A DNA stretch of 64,000 nt from the human T2T-CHM13v2.0 reference genome, Homo sapiens. The translations under genes and the position numbers were made by a program. The stretch is taken from the NCBI RefSeq assembly GCF_009914755.1, contig NC_060948.1, one strand, 5' to 3'. The notes beneath the pieces were generated by a model that was not told where the DNA came from, did no database searches, and saw only the letters and a program-made list of their open reading frames with translations. Positions 42,284 to 56,389 of the stretch are shown here, piece by piece; the first letter of the stretch is position 1; every line of letters begins with the position of its first letter.

Positions 42284-45200
42284 TGGACTCCAATGGAATG
42301 GATTGAAAAGGAATGGAATTGTACGGAATGGAATCTAATGGAATGGAATTAAATGGAAATGAATCAAATTGAATAGCACGGAATTGAATTGAATGGAATC
42401 GAATGCAATGGAATCTAATGAAACGGAAAGGAAAGGAATGGAATGGAATGGAATGGGCTGGAATGGAAAGGAATCGAAACGAATGGAATGGAATCGAACT
42501 GAAGAGACTGGAATGGAATGCAGTGGAATGGAAGGGAGTGTAATGGAAGGTTCTCGACAAAAATGGAATCGAATGGAATGGAATTGAATGGAACGGAATA
42601 GAGTCGAATGGAATTGAATGGAATGGAATGGACTAGAGTGAAATGGAATCGAACCACAAGGAATGGACAGGAATAGAATGGTCTCGAATTGAATGGAATC
42701 GTATGGAATGGCATCAAACGGAATGGAATGGACAGCCACGGAATGGAATGCACTCGAATGCAATGGAGTCGAAACTAATGGACTGGAATAGAATGGACTC
42801 GACTGGTACGGACTCCAATGGAATGGAATCGAATGGAAGGGAATCGAACGGAATGGACTCGAAGGGAAAAGACTGCAATGGAAAGGTCTCGAATGGAATG
42901 GAAATTAATGGAATGGAATGGAATCGAATGAAATGGAGTCAAAAGGAATGGAATCGAATGGCAAGAAATCGAATGTAATGGAATCGCAAGGAATTGATGT
43001 GAACGGAACGGAATGGAATGGAATCCAAAGAAATGGAATAGAATGGAATGGAATCGAATGGAAAGAACTCGAATGGAAATCACTCGAATAGAATGCAATT
43101 TAATAAAATAGGATGAAATGTAATGGAATGGAATGGAAAGGAATCGAAACGAAAGGAATGGAGACAGATGGAATGGAATGGAACAGAGAGCAATGGTATA
43201 GAATGGAATGGAATCATCTGGAATGGAATTGAATGGAATGGAATAATATGAAATGGAATGGAATGGAATGGAATGCCCTTGAATTAAATGGACTGGAATG
43301 GAATGGACTCGAACAGAGTGGAATGGAAAGTGTTGAGATAGAATGGAATGGACTCCTTTGGAATGGTCTAGTATGCAATGCAATGGACTGGCAGGGAATC
43401 AAAAGGAATGTAATCGAATGGATTGGACTGGAATGCAATGGACTCGAATAGATTGGAAACGGAATGCAAAGGAATGGAATGGAATAGTATGGAATGGAAT
43501 GGAAAGGAATGGAGTGGAATAGAGTAGAGTGGAATGGAATGGACTCGAAAGCAATGGACTGGAATGGAACTTTCTTGAATGGACTGGAATCAAACGGAAT
43601 GGAATGCAATGCAATCAAATGGCATGGAATAAAATAGAATGAAAGAGAATCAAATGGAATTGAATCGAATGCAATCGAATGGATTGGAAAGGAATAGAAT
43701 GGAATGGAATGGAATTGACTCAAATGGAATGGACTAGAATGGAATGGATTCGAATGGAAGGCAAAGGAATGGAATCTATTGGAATGGACAGCAATGGAAT
43801 GGAAAGGAAGGGATTGGAATGGACTCGAATGGAATGGACTGCAATAGAAAGGATTCGAATGGAATGAAAAAGAATTGAATGGAATAGAACAGAATGGAAT
43901 CAAATCGAATGAAATGGAATGGAATAGAAAGGAATGGAATGAAATGGAATGGAAAGGATTCGAATGGAATGCAATCGAAGGGAATGGAATCGAACGGAAT
44001 GGAATAAAATGGAAGAAAACTGGCAAGAAATGGAATCGAAATGAATGGAGTGTTATGGAACGGAATCCAAAGGAATTGAATGTAATAGAATGGAGTGGAG
44101 TAGACTCGAATATAATGGACTGGAATGGAATGAAATCACATGGAATGGGAACGAATGGAATGGAATGGAAAGGAATGGAATCGAATGGAAAGGAATCGAA
44201 TGGAAGGGAATGAAATTGAATCAACAGGAATGGAAGGGAATAGAATAGACGGTAATGGAATGGACTCGAATAGAATGGACACGAATGCTCAAATTGAATG
44301 GACTCGAATGGAATGGAAACGAAAGGAATGTCATCGAATGGAATTGAATCGATTGGAATGAAATGGCATAGAATGGAGTGGAATCAAATGGAATTGAATC
44401 GAAAGGAAAGGAAGCGAATGGACTGAAATGAAATGGAATGGAATTGAATGGAAAGTAAAGCAATGGAATAGAATGGAACGAAATTTCACGGAATGGAATC
44501 AAACTGAATGGAATCAAATCAATGGAATATAATCAAATGGAATGGAAAGGAATTGAATGGAGTAGATGGGATTGGATGGGATTGGAATGAAATGTACTGG
44601 AAAGGACTCGAATTTCATGAAACGGAATGGAATGAATTGGAACGGAATGGACTCGAATGGAATGGAATGTCATGGAATGGCATCAAATGGAATGGCATCA
44701 AATGGAATGGAATCGAATGCAATGGAATGCTATGGAATGGAATGGAATGCATTGGAATGGAATGTCCTCTAATGGAATGGATTCGAGTGGAATGGAATCG
44801 AATATAATGGAGTCGAATGAAATGGAATTGAAAGGAATGGGATCGAATACAATGGAATATACTGGAATGTAATGTAATGAACTCGAATGTAATTGACTGG
44901 AATGGAATGTACATGAATGGAATGTAATCGAATGGAAAGTAATCCAATGGAATAGAATCTAATGCAATAAAATCGACTCAGATAGAGTAGAATGTAATGG
45001 AATGGAGTGCAGTGCAATGGAATGGAATGGAATGGAATGCAATGGAATGGAATGGAATGGGATGGAATGGTATGGAATGGATAGTAATGGACTGGAGTGA
45101 AATGGACTGGAAAGGAATGGACTCAAATTGAAAGGGCTCGAAAGGAATGGAGTCAAATGGAATGGTCTGGAATGGAATGAACACGAATGTAATGCAATCC

Positions 45201-45817
45201 AATAGAATGGAATCGACTGGCATGGAATATAAAGAAATGGAATCGAAGAGAATGGAAACAAACGGAATGGAATTGAATGGAATGGAATTGAATGGAATGG
45301 GAACGAATGGAGTGAAATTGTATGCAGTAGAAGAGAATAGAATGGAATGCAAGCGAAAGGAAAGGAATGGATTGGAATGGAATGGAATTCATTGGAATGG
45401 AAGGGAATGTAGTGTAATGGACAGGCCTGGAATAAAGTGGAATGCTACGGTCTCGAATGGAATAAAAATGTATGGAATGGAATGCAATGAAACGGTATCG
45501 AATGTCATAGAATGTAATGGAATGCAAAAAAATGGACTCCAAAATCATTGACTGGAAAGGCTGGGTGTCGAAAGGAATTGACTCCAATGGAATGGAATCG
45601 AATGGAATGGAAGTGAATAGAATCGAACTAAATCGAATGGAATGGAATTGATAGGAACGGAATGGAAAGGAATGAAATGATTTGGCATGGAATGGAATCG
45701 AATGGCATCGAATGGAATGGAATGGAATGCAATGCAATGGAATGTATTAGAATGTAATGAACTTTAATGGAATGTACTCGAATGGATTCGACTGGAATGG
45801 AATGTTCTGGAAGTGAA
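42284..45817 (+). repeat. DYZ1 unit U13 (3534 bp)
   Basis: Landmark spacing; 15-bp duplication present. Confidence 0.9.
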
Positions 45818-48800
45818 TGGACTCCAATGGAATGGATTGAAAAGGAATGGAATCGTACGGAATGGAATCTAATGGAATGGAATTAAATGGAAATGAATCA
45901 AATTGAATAGCACGGAATTGAATTGAATGGAATCGAATGCAATGGAATCTAATGAAACGGAAAGGAAAGGAATGGAATGGAATGGAATGGGCTGGAATGG
46001 AAAGGAATCGAAACGAATGGAATGGAATCGAACTGAAGAGACTGGAATGGAATGCACTGGAATGGAAGGGAGTGTAATGGAAGGTTCTCGAAAAAAATGG
46101 AATCGAATGGAATGGAATTGAATGGAACGGAATAGAGTCGAATGGAATTGAATGGAATGGAATGGACTAGAGTGAAATGGAATCGAACCACAAGGAATGG
46201 ACAGGAATAGAATGGTCTCGAATTGAATGGAATCGTATGGAATGGCATCAAACGGAATGGAATGGACAGCCACGGAATGGAATGCACTCGAATGCAATGG
46301 AGTCGAAACTAATGGACTGGAATAGAATGGACTCGACTGGTACGGACTCCAATGGAATGGAATCGAATGGAAGGGAATCGAACGGAATGGACTCGAAGGG
46401 AAAAGACTGCAATGGAAAGGTCTCGAATGGAATGGAAATTAATGGAATGGAATGGAATCGAATGAAATGGAGTCAAAAGGAATGGAATCGAATGGCAAGA
46501 AATCGAATGTAATGGAATCGCAAGGAATTGATGTGAACGGAACGGAATGGAATGGAATCCAAAGAAATGGAATAGAATGGAATGGAATCGAATGGAAAGA
46601 ACTCGAATGGAAATCACTCGAATAGAATGCAATTGAATAAAATAGGATGAAATGTAATGGAATGGAATGGAAAGGAATCGAAACGAAAGGAATGGAGACA
46701 GATGGAATGGAATGGAACAGAGAGCAATGGTATAGAATGGAATGGAATCATCTGGAATGGAATTGAATGGAATGGAATAATATGAAATGGAATGGAATGG
46801 AATGGAATGCCCTTGAATTAAATGGACTGGAATGGAATGGACTCGAACAGAGTGGAATGGAAAGTGTTGAGATAGAATGGAATGGACTCCTTTGGAATGG
46901 TCTAGTATGCAATGCAATGGACTGGCAGGGAATCAAAAGGAATGTAATCGAATGGATTGGACTGGAATGCAATGGACTCGAATAGATTGGAAACGGAATG
47001 CAAAGGAATGGAATGGAATAGTATGGAATGGAATGGAAAGGAATGGAGTGGAATAGACTAGAGTGGAATGGAATGGACTCGAAAGCAATGGACTGGAATG
47101 GAACTTTCTTGAATGGACTGGAATCAAACGGAATGGAATGCAATGCAATCAAATGGCATGGAATAAAATAGAATGAAAGAGAATCAAATGGAATTGAATC
47201 GAATGCAATCGAATGGATTGGAAAGGAATAGAATGGAATGGAATGGAATTGACTCAAATGGAATGGACTAGAATGGAATGGATTCGAATGGAAGGCAAAG
47301 GAATGGAATCTATCGGAATGGACAGCAATGGAATGGAAAGGAAGGGATTGGAATGGACTCGAATGGAATGGACTGCAATAGAAAGGATTCGAATGGAATG
47401 AAAAAGAATTGAATGGAATAGAACAGAATGGAATCAAATCGAATGAAATGGAATGGAATAAATAGGAATGGAATGAAATGGAATGGAAAGGATTCGAATG
47501 GAATGCAATCGAATGGAATGGAATCGAACGGAATGGAATAAAATGGAAGAAAACTGGCAAGAAATGGAATCGAAATGAATGGAGTGTTACGGAACGGACT
47601 CCAAAGGAATTGAATGTAATAGAATGGAGTGGAGTGGACTCGAATATAATGGACTGGAATGGAATGAAATCACATGGAATGGGAACGAATGGAATGGAAT
47701 GGAAAGGAATGGAATCGAATGGAAAGGAATCGAATGGAAGGGAATGAAATTGAATCAACAGGAATGGAAGGGAATAGAATAGACGGTAATGGAATGGACT
47801 CGAATAGAATGGACACGAATGCTCAAATTGAATGGACTCGAATGGAATGGAAACGAAAGGAATGTCATCGAATGGAATTGAATCGATTGGAACGAAATCG
47901 CATAGAATGGAGTGGAATCAAATGGAATTGAATCGAAAGGAAAGGAAGCGAATGGACTGAAATGAAATGGAATGGAATTGAATGGAAAGTAAAGCAATGG
48001 AATAGAATGGAACGAAATTTCACGGAATGGAATCAAACTGAATGGAATCAAATCAATGGAATATAATCAAATGGAATGGAAAGGAATTGAATGGAGTAGA
48101 TGGGATTGGATGGGATTGGAATGAAATGTACTGGAAAGGACTCGAATTTCATGAAACGGAATGGAATGAATTGGAACGGAATGGACTCGAATGGAATGGA
48201 ATGTCATGGAATGGCATCAAATGGAATGGAATCGAATGCAATGGAATGCTATGGAATGGAATGGAATGCATTGGAATGGAATGTCCTCTAATGGAATGGA
48301 TTCGAGTGGAATGGAATCGAATATAATGGAGTCGAATGAAATGGAATTGAAAGGAATGGGATCGAATACAATGGAATATACTGGAATGTAATGTAATGAA
48401 CTCGAATGTAATTGACTGGAATGGAATGTACATGAATGGAATGTAATCGAATGGAAAGTAATCCAATGGAATAGAATCTAATGCAATAAAATCGACTCAG
48501 ATAGAGTAGAATGTAATGGAATGGAGTGCAGTGCAATGGAATGGAATGGAATGGAATGCAATGGAATGGAATGGAATGGGATGGAATGGTATGGAATGGA
48601 TAGTAATGGACTGGAGTGAAATGGACTGGAAAGGAATGGACTCAAATTGAAAGGGCTCGAAAGGAATGGAGTCAAATGGAATGGTCTGGAATGGAATGAA
48701 CACGAATGTAATGCAATCCAATAGAATGGAATCGAATGGCATGGAATATAAAGAAATGGAATCGAAGAGAATGGAAACAAACGGAATGGAATTGAATGGA

Positions 48801-49336
48801 ATGGAATTGAATGGAATGGGAACGAATGGAGTGAAATTGTATGCAGTAGAAGAGAATAGAATGGAATGCAAGCGAAAGGAAAGGAATGGATTGGAATGGA
48901 ATGGAATTCATTGGAATGGAAGGGAATGTAGTGTAATGGACAGGCCTGGAATAAAGTGGAATGCTACGGTCTCGAATGGAATAAAAATGTATGGAATGGA
49001 ATGCAATGAAACGGAATCGAATGTCATAGAATGTAATGGAATGCAAAAAAATGGACTCCAAAATCATTGACTGGAAAGGCTGGGTGTCGAAAGGAATTGA
49101 CTCCAATGGAATGGAATCGAATGGAATGGAAGTGAATAGAATCGAACTAAATCGAATGGAATGGAATTGATAGGAACGGAATGGAAAGGAATGAAATGAT
49201 TTGGCATGGAATGGAATCGAATGGCATCGAATGGAATGGAATGGAATGCAATGCAATGGAATGTATTAGAATGTAATGAACTTTAATGGAATGTACTCGA
49301 ATGGATTCGACTGGAATGGAATGTTCTGGAAGTGAA
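45818..49336 (+). repeat. DYZ1 unit U14 (3519 bp)
   Basis: Landmark spacing. Confidence 0.9.
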
Positions 49337-52300
49337 TGGACTCCAATGGAATGGATTGAAAAGGAATGGAATCGTACGGAATGGAATCTAATGGAATGGA
49401 ATTAAATGGAAATGAATCAAATTGAATAGCACGGAATTGAATTGAATGGAATCGAATGCAATGGAATCTAATGAAACGGAAAGGAAAGGAATGGAATGGA
49501 ATGGAATGGGCTGGAATGGAAAGGAATCGAAACGAATGGAATGGAATCGAACTGAAGAGACTGGAATGGAATGCACTGGAATGGAAGGGAGTGTAATGGA
49601 AGGTTCTCGAAAAAAATGGAATCGAATGGAATGGAATTGAATGGAACGGAATAGAGTCGAATGGAATTGAATGGAATGGAATGGACTAGAGTGAAATGGA
49701 ATCGAACCACAAGGAATGGACAGGAATAGAATGGTCTCGAATTGAATGGAATCGTATGGAATGGCATCAAACGGAATGGAATGGACAGCCACGGAATGGA
49801 ATGCACTCGAATGCAATGGAGTCGAAACTAATGGACTGGAATAGAATGGACTCGACTGGTACGGACTCCAATGGAATGGAATCGAATGGAAGGGAATCGA
49901 ACGGAATGGACTCGAAGGGAAAAGACTGCAATGGAAAGGTCTCGAATGGAATGGAAATTAATGGAATGGAATGGAATCGAATGAAATGGAGTCAAAAGGA
50001 ATGGAATCGAATGGCAAGAAATCGAATGTAATGGAATCGCAAGGAATTGATGTGAACGGAACGGAATGGAATGGAATCCAAAGAAATGGAATAGAATGGA
50101 ATGGAATCGAATGGAAAGAACTCGAATGGAAATCACTCGAATAGAATGCAATTGAATAAAATAGGATGAAATGTAATGGAATGGAATGGAAAGGAATCGA
50201 AACGAAAGGAATGGAGACAGATGGAATGGAATGGAACAGAGAGCAATGGTATAGAATGGAATGGAATCATCTGGAATGGAATTGAATGGAATGGAATAAT
50301 ATGAAATGGAATGGAATGGAATGGAATGCCCTTGAATTAAATGGACTGGAATGGAATGGACTCTAACAGAGTGGAATGGAAAGTGTTGAGATAGAATGGA
50401 ATGGACTCCTTTGGAATGGTCTAGTATGCAATGCAATGGACTGGCAGGGAATCAAAAGGAATGTAATCGAATGGATTGGACTGGAATGCAATGGACTCGA
50501 ATAGATTGGAAACGGAATGCAAAGGAATGGAATGGAATAGTATGGAATGGAATGGAAAGGAATGGAGTGGAATAGACTAGAGTGGAATGGAATGGACTCG
50601 AAAGCAATGGATTGGAATGGAACTTTCTTGAATGGACTGGAATCAAACGGAATGGAATGCAATGCAATCAAATGGCATGGAATAAAATAGAATGAAAGAG
50701 AATCAAATGGAATTGAATCGAATGCAATCGAATGGATTGGAAAGGAATAGAATGGAATGGAATGGAATTGACTCAAATGGAATGGACTAGAATGGAATGG
50801 ATTCGAATGGAAGGCAAAGGAATGGAATCTATCGGAATGGACAGCAATGGAATGGAAAGGAAGGGATTGGAATGGACTCGAATGGAATGGACTGCAATAG
50901 AAAGGATTCGAATGGAATGAAAAAGAATTGAATGGAATAGAACAGAATGGAATCAAATCGAATGAAATGGAATGGAATAGAAAGGAATGGAATGAAATGG
51001 AATGGAAAGGATTCGAATGGAATGCAATCGAATGGAATGGAATCGAACGGAATGGAATAAAATGGAAGCAAACTGGCAAGAAATGGAATCGAAATGAATG
51101 GAGTGTTATGGAACGGACTCAAAAGGAATTGAATGTAATAGAATGGAGTGGAGTGGACTCGAATATAATGGACTGGAATGGAATGAAATCACATGGAATG
51201 GGAACGAATGGAATGGAATGGAAAGGAATGGAATCGAATGGAAAGGAATCGAATGGAAGGGAATGAAATTGAATCAACAGGAATGGAAGGGAATAGAATA
51301 GACGGTAATGGAATGGACTCGAATAGAATGGACACGAATGCTCAAATTGAATGGACTCGAATGGAATGGAAACGAAAGGAATGTCATCGAATGGAATTGA
51401 ATCGATTGGAATGAAATCGCATAGAATGGAGTGGAATCAAATGGAATTGAATCGAAAGGAAAGGAAGCGAATGGACTGAAATGAAATGGAATGGAATTGA
51501 ATGGAAAGTAAAGCAATGGAATAGAATGGAACGAAATTTCACGGAATGGAATCAAACTGAATGGAATCAAATCAATGGAATATAATCAAATGGAATGGAA
51601 AGGAATTGAATGGAGTAGATGGGATTGGATGGGATTGGAATGAAATGTACTGGAAAGGACTCGAATTTCATGAAACGGAATGGAATGAATTGGAACGGAA
51701 TGGACTCGAATGGAATGGAATGTCATGGAATGGCATCAAATGGAATGGAATCGAATGCAATGGAATGCTATGGAATGGAATGGAATGCATTGGAATGGAA
51801 TGTCCTCTAATGGAATGGATTCGAGTGGAATGGAATCGAATATAATGGAGTCGAATGAAATGGAATTGAAAGGAATGGGATCGAATACAATGGAATATAC
51901 TGGAATGTAATGTAATGAACTCGAATGTAATTGACTGGAATGGAATGTACATGAATGGAATGTAATCGAATGGAAAGTAATCCAATGGAATAGAATCTAA
52001 TGCAATAAAATCGACTCAGATAGAGTAGAATGTAATGGAATGGAGTGCAGTGCAATGGAATGGAATGGAATGGAATGCAATGGAATGGAATGGAATGGGA
52101 TGGAATGGTATGGAATGGATAGTAATGGACTGGAGTGAAATGGACTGGAAAGGAATGGACTCAAATTGAAAGGGCTCGAAAGGAATGGAGTCAAATGGAA
52201 TGGTCTGGAATGGAATGAACACGAATGTAATGCAATCCAATAGAATGGAATCGAATGGCATGGAATATAAAGAAATGGAATCGAAGAGAATGGAAACAAA

Positions 52301-52855
52301 CGGAATGGAATTGAATGGAATGGAATTGAATGGAATGGGAACGAATGGAGTGAAATTGTATGCAGTAGAAGAGAATAGAATGGAATGCAAGCGAAAGGAA
52401 AGGAATGGATTGGAATGGAATGGAATTCATTGGAATGGAAGGGAATGTAGTGTAATGGACAGGCCTGGAATAAAGTGGAATGCTACGGTCTCGAATGGAA
52501 TAAAAATGTATGGAATGGAATGCAATGAAACGGAATCGAATGTCATAGAATGTAATGGAATGCAAAAAAATGGACTCCAAAATCATTGACTGGAAAGGCT
52601 GGGTGTCGAAAGGAATTGACTCCAATGGAATGGAATCGAATGGAATGGAAGTGAATAGAATCGAACTAAATCGAATGGAATGGAATTGATAGGAACGGAA
52701 TGGAAAGGAATGAAATGATTTGGCATGGAATGGAATCGAATGGCATCGAATGGAATGGAATGGAATGCAATGCAATGGAATGTATTAGAATGTAATGAAC
52801 TTTAATGGAATGTACTCGAATGGATTCGACTGGAATGGAATGTTCTGGAAGTGAA
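49337..52855 (+). repeat. DYZ1 unit U15 (3519 bp)
   Basis: Landmark spacing. Confidence 0.9.
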
Positions 52856-55800
52856 TGGACTCCAATGGAATGGATTGAAAAGGAATGGAATCGTACGGAA
52901 TGGAATCTAATGGAATGGAATTAAATGGAAATGAATCAAATTGAATAGCACGGAATTGAATTGAATGGAATCGAATGCAATGGAATCTAATGAAACGGAA
53001 AGGAAAGGAATGGAATGGAATGGAATGGGCTGGAATGGAAAGGAATCGAAACGAATGGAATGGAATCGAACTGAAGAGACTGGAATGGAATGCAGTGGAA
53101 TGGAAGGGAGTGTAATGGAAGTTTCTCGAAAAAAATGGAATCGAATGGAATGGAATTGAATGGAACGGAATAGAGTCGAATGGAATTGAATGGAATGGAA
53201 TGGACTAGAGTGAAATGGAATCGAACCACAAGGAATGGACAGGAATAGAATGGTCTCGAATTGAATGGAATCGTATGGAATGGCATCAAACGGAATGGAA
53301 TGGACAGCCACGGAATGGAATGCACTCGAATGCAATGGAGTCGAACCTAATGGACTGGAATAGAATGGACTCGACTGGTACGGACTCCAATGGAATGGAA
53401 TCGAATGGAAGGGAATCGAACGGAATGGACTCGAAGGGAAAAGACTGCAATGGAAAGGTCTCGAATGGAATGGAAATTAATGGAATGGAATGGAATCGAA
53501 TGAAATGGAGTCAAAAGGAATGGAATCGAATGGCAAGAAATCGAATGTAATGGAATCGCAAGGAATTGATGTGAACGGAACGGAATGGAATGGAATCCAA
53601 AGAAATGGAATAGAATGGAATGGAATCGAATGGAAAGAACTCGAATGGAAATCACTCGAATAGAATGCAATTTAATAAAATAGGATGAAATGTAATGGAA
53701 TGGAATGGAAAGGAATCGAAACGAAAGGAATGGAGACAGATGGAATGGAATGGAACAGAGAGCAATGGTATAGAATGGAATGGAATCATCTGGAATGGAA
53801 TTGAATGGAATGGAATAATATGAAATGGAATGGAATGGAATGGAATGCCCTTGAATTAAATGGACTGGAATGGAATGGACTCGAACAGAGTGGAATGGAA
53901 AGTGTTGAGATAGAATGGAATGGACTCCTTTGGAATGGTCTAGTATGCAATGCAATGGACTGGCAGGGAATCAAAAGGAATGTAATCGAATGGATTGGAC
54001 TGGAATGCAATGGACTCGAATAGATTGGAAACGGAATGCAAAGGAATGGAATGGAATAGTATGGAATGGAATGGAAAGGAATGGAGTGGAATAGACTAGA
54101 GTGGAATGGAATGGACTCGAAAGCAATGGACTGGAATGGAACTTTCTTGAATGGACTGGAATCAAACGGAATGGAATGCAATGCAATCAAATGGCATGGA
54201 ATAAAATAGAATGAAAGAGAATCAAATGGAATTGAATCGAATGCAATCGAATGGATTGGAAAGGAATAGAATGGAATGGAATGGAATTGACTCAAATGGA
54301 ATGGACTAGAATGGAATGGATTCGAATGGAAGGCAAAGGAATGGAATCTATCGGAATGGACAGCAATGGAATGGAAAGGAAGGGATTGGAATGGACTCGA
54401 ATGGAATGGACTGCAATAGAAAGGATTCGAATGGAATGAAAAAGAATTGAATGGAATAGAACAGAATGGAATCAAATCGAATGAAATGGAATGGAATAGA
54501 AAGGAATGGAATGAAATGGAATGGAAAGGATTCGAATGGAATGCAATCGAATGGAATGGAATCGAACGGAATGGAATAAAATGGAAGCAAACTGGCAAGA
54601 AATGGAATCGAAATGAATGGAGTGTTATGGAACGGACTCAAAAGGAATTGAATGTAATAGAATCGAGTGGAGTGGACTCGAATATAATGGACTGGAATGG
54701 AATGAAATCACATGGAATGGGAACGAATGGAATGGAATGGAAAGGAATGGAATCGAATGGAAAGGAATCGAATGGAAGGGAATGAAATTGAATCAACAGG
54801 AATGGAAGGGAATAGAATAGACGGTAATGGAATGGACTCGAATAGAATGGACACGAATGCTCAAATTGAATGGACTCGAATGGAATGGAAACGAAAGGAA
54901 TGCCATCGAATGGAATTGAATCGATTGGAATGAAATCGCATAGAATGGAGTGGAATCAAATGGAATTGAATCGAAAGGAAAGGAAGCGAATGGACTGAAA
55001 TGAAATGGAATGGAATTGAATGGAAAGTAAAGCAATGGAATAGAATGGAACGAAATTTCACGGAATGGAATCAAACTGAATGGAATCAAATCAATGGAAT
55101 ATAATCAAATGGAATGGAAAGGAATTGAATGGAGTAGATGGGATTGGATGGGATTGGAATGAAATGTACTGGAAAGGACTCGAATTTCATGAAACGGAAT
55201 GGAATGAATTGGAACGGAATGGACTCGAATGGAATGGAATGTCATGGAATGGCATCAAATGGAATGGCATCAAATGGAATGGAATCGAATGCAATGGAAT
55301 GCTGTGGAATGGAATGGAATGCATTGGAATGGAATGTCCTCTAATGGAATGGATTCGAGTGGAATGGAATCGAATATAACGGAGTCGAATGAAATGGAAT
55401 TGAAAGGAATGGGATCGAATACAATGGAATATACTGGAATGTAATGTAATGAACTCGAATGTAATTGACTGGAATGGAATGTACATGAATGGAATGTAAT
55501 CGAATGGAAAGTAATCCAATGGAATAGAATCTAATGCAATAAAATCGACTCAGATAGAGTAGAATGTAATGGAATGGAGTGCAGTGCAATGGAATGGAAT
55601 GGAATGGAATGCAATGGAATGGAATGGAATGGGATGGAATGGTATGGAATGGATAGTAATGGACTGGAGTGAAATGGACTGGAAAGGAATGGACTCAAAT
55701 TGAAAGGGCTCGAAAGGAATGGAGTCAAATGGAATGGTCTGGAATGGAATGAACACGAATGTAATGCAATCCAATAGAATGGAATCGAATGGCATGGAAT

Positions 55801-56389
55801 ATAAAGAAATGGAATCGAAGAGAATGGAAACAAACGGAATGGAATTGAATGGAATGGAATTGAATGGAATGGGAACGAATGGAGTGAAATTGTATGCAGT
55901 AGAAGAGAATAGAATGGAATGCAAGTGAAAGGAAAGGAATGGATTGGAATGGAATGGAATTCATTGGAATGGAAGGGAATGTAGTGTAATGGACAGGCCT
56001 GGAATAAAGTGGAATGCTACGGTCTCGAATGGAATAAAAATGTATGGAATGGAATGCAATGAAACGGAATCGAATGTCATAGAATGTAATGGAATGCAAA
56101 AAAATGGACTCCAAAATCATTGACTGGAAAGGCTGGGTGTCGAAAGGAATTGACTCCAATGGAATGGAATCGAATGGAATGGAAGTGAATAGAATCGAAC
56201 TAAATCGAATGGAATGGAATTGATAGGAACGGAATGGAAAGGAATGAAATGATTTGGCATGGAATGGAATCGAATGGCATCGAATGGAATGGAATGGAAT
56301 GCAATGCAATGGAATGTATTAGAATGTAATGAACTTTAATGGAATGTACTCGAATGGATTCGACTGGAATGGAATGTTCTGGAAGTGAA
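52856..56389 (+). repeat. DYZ1 unit U16 (3534 bp)
   Basis: Landmark spacing; 15-bp duplication present. Confidence 0.9.
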
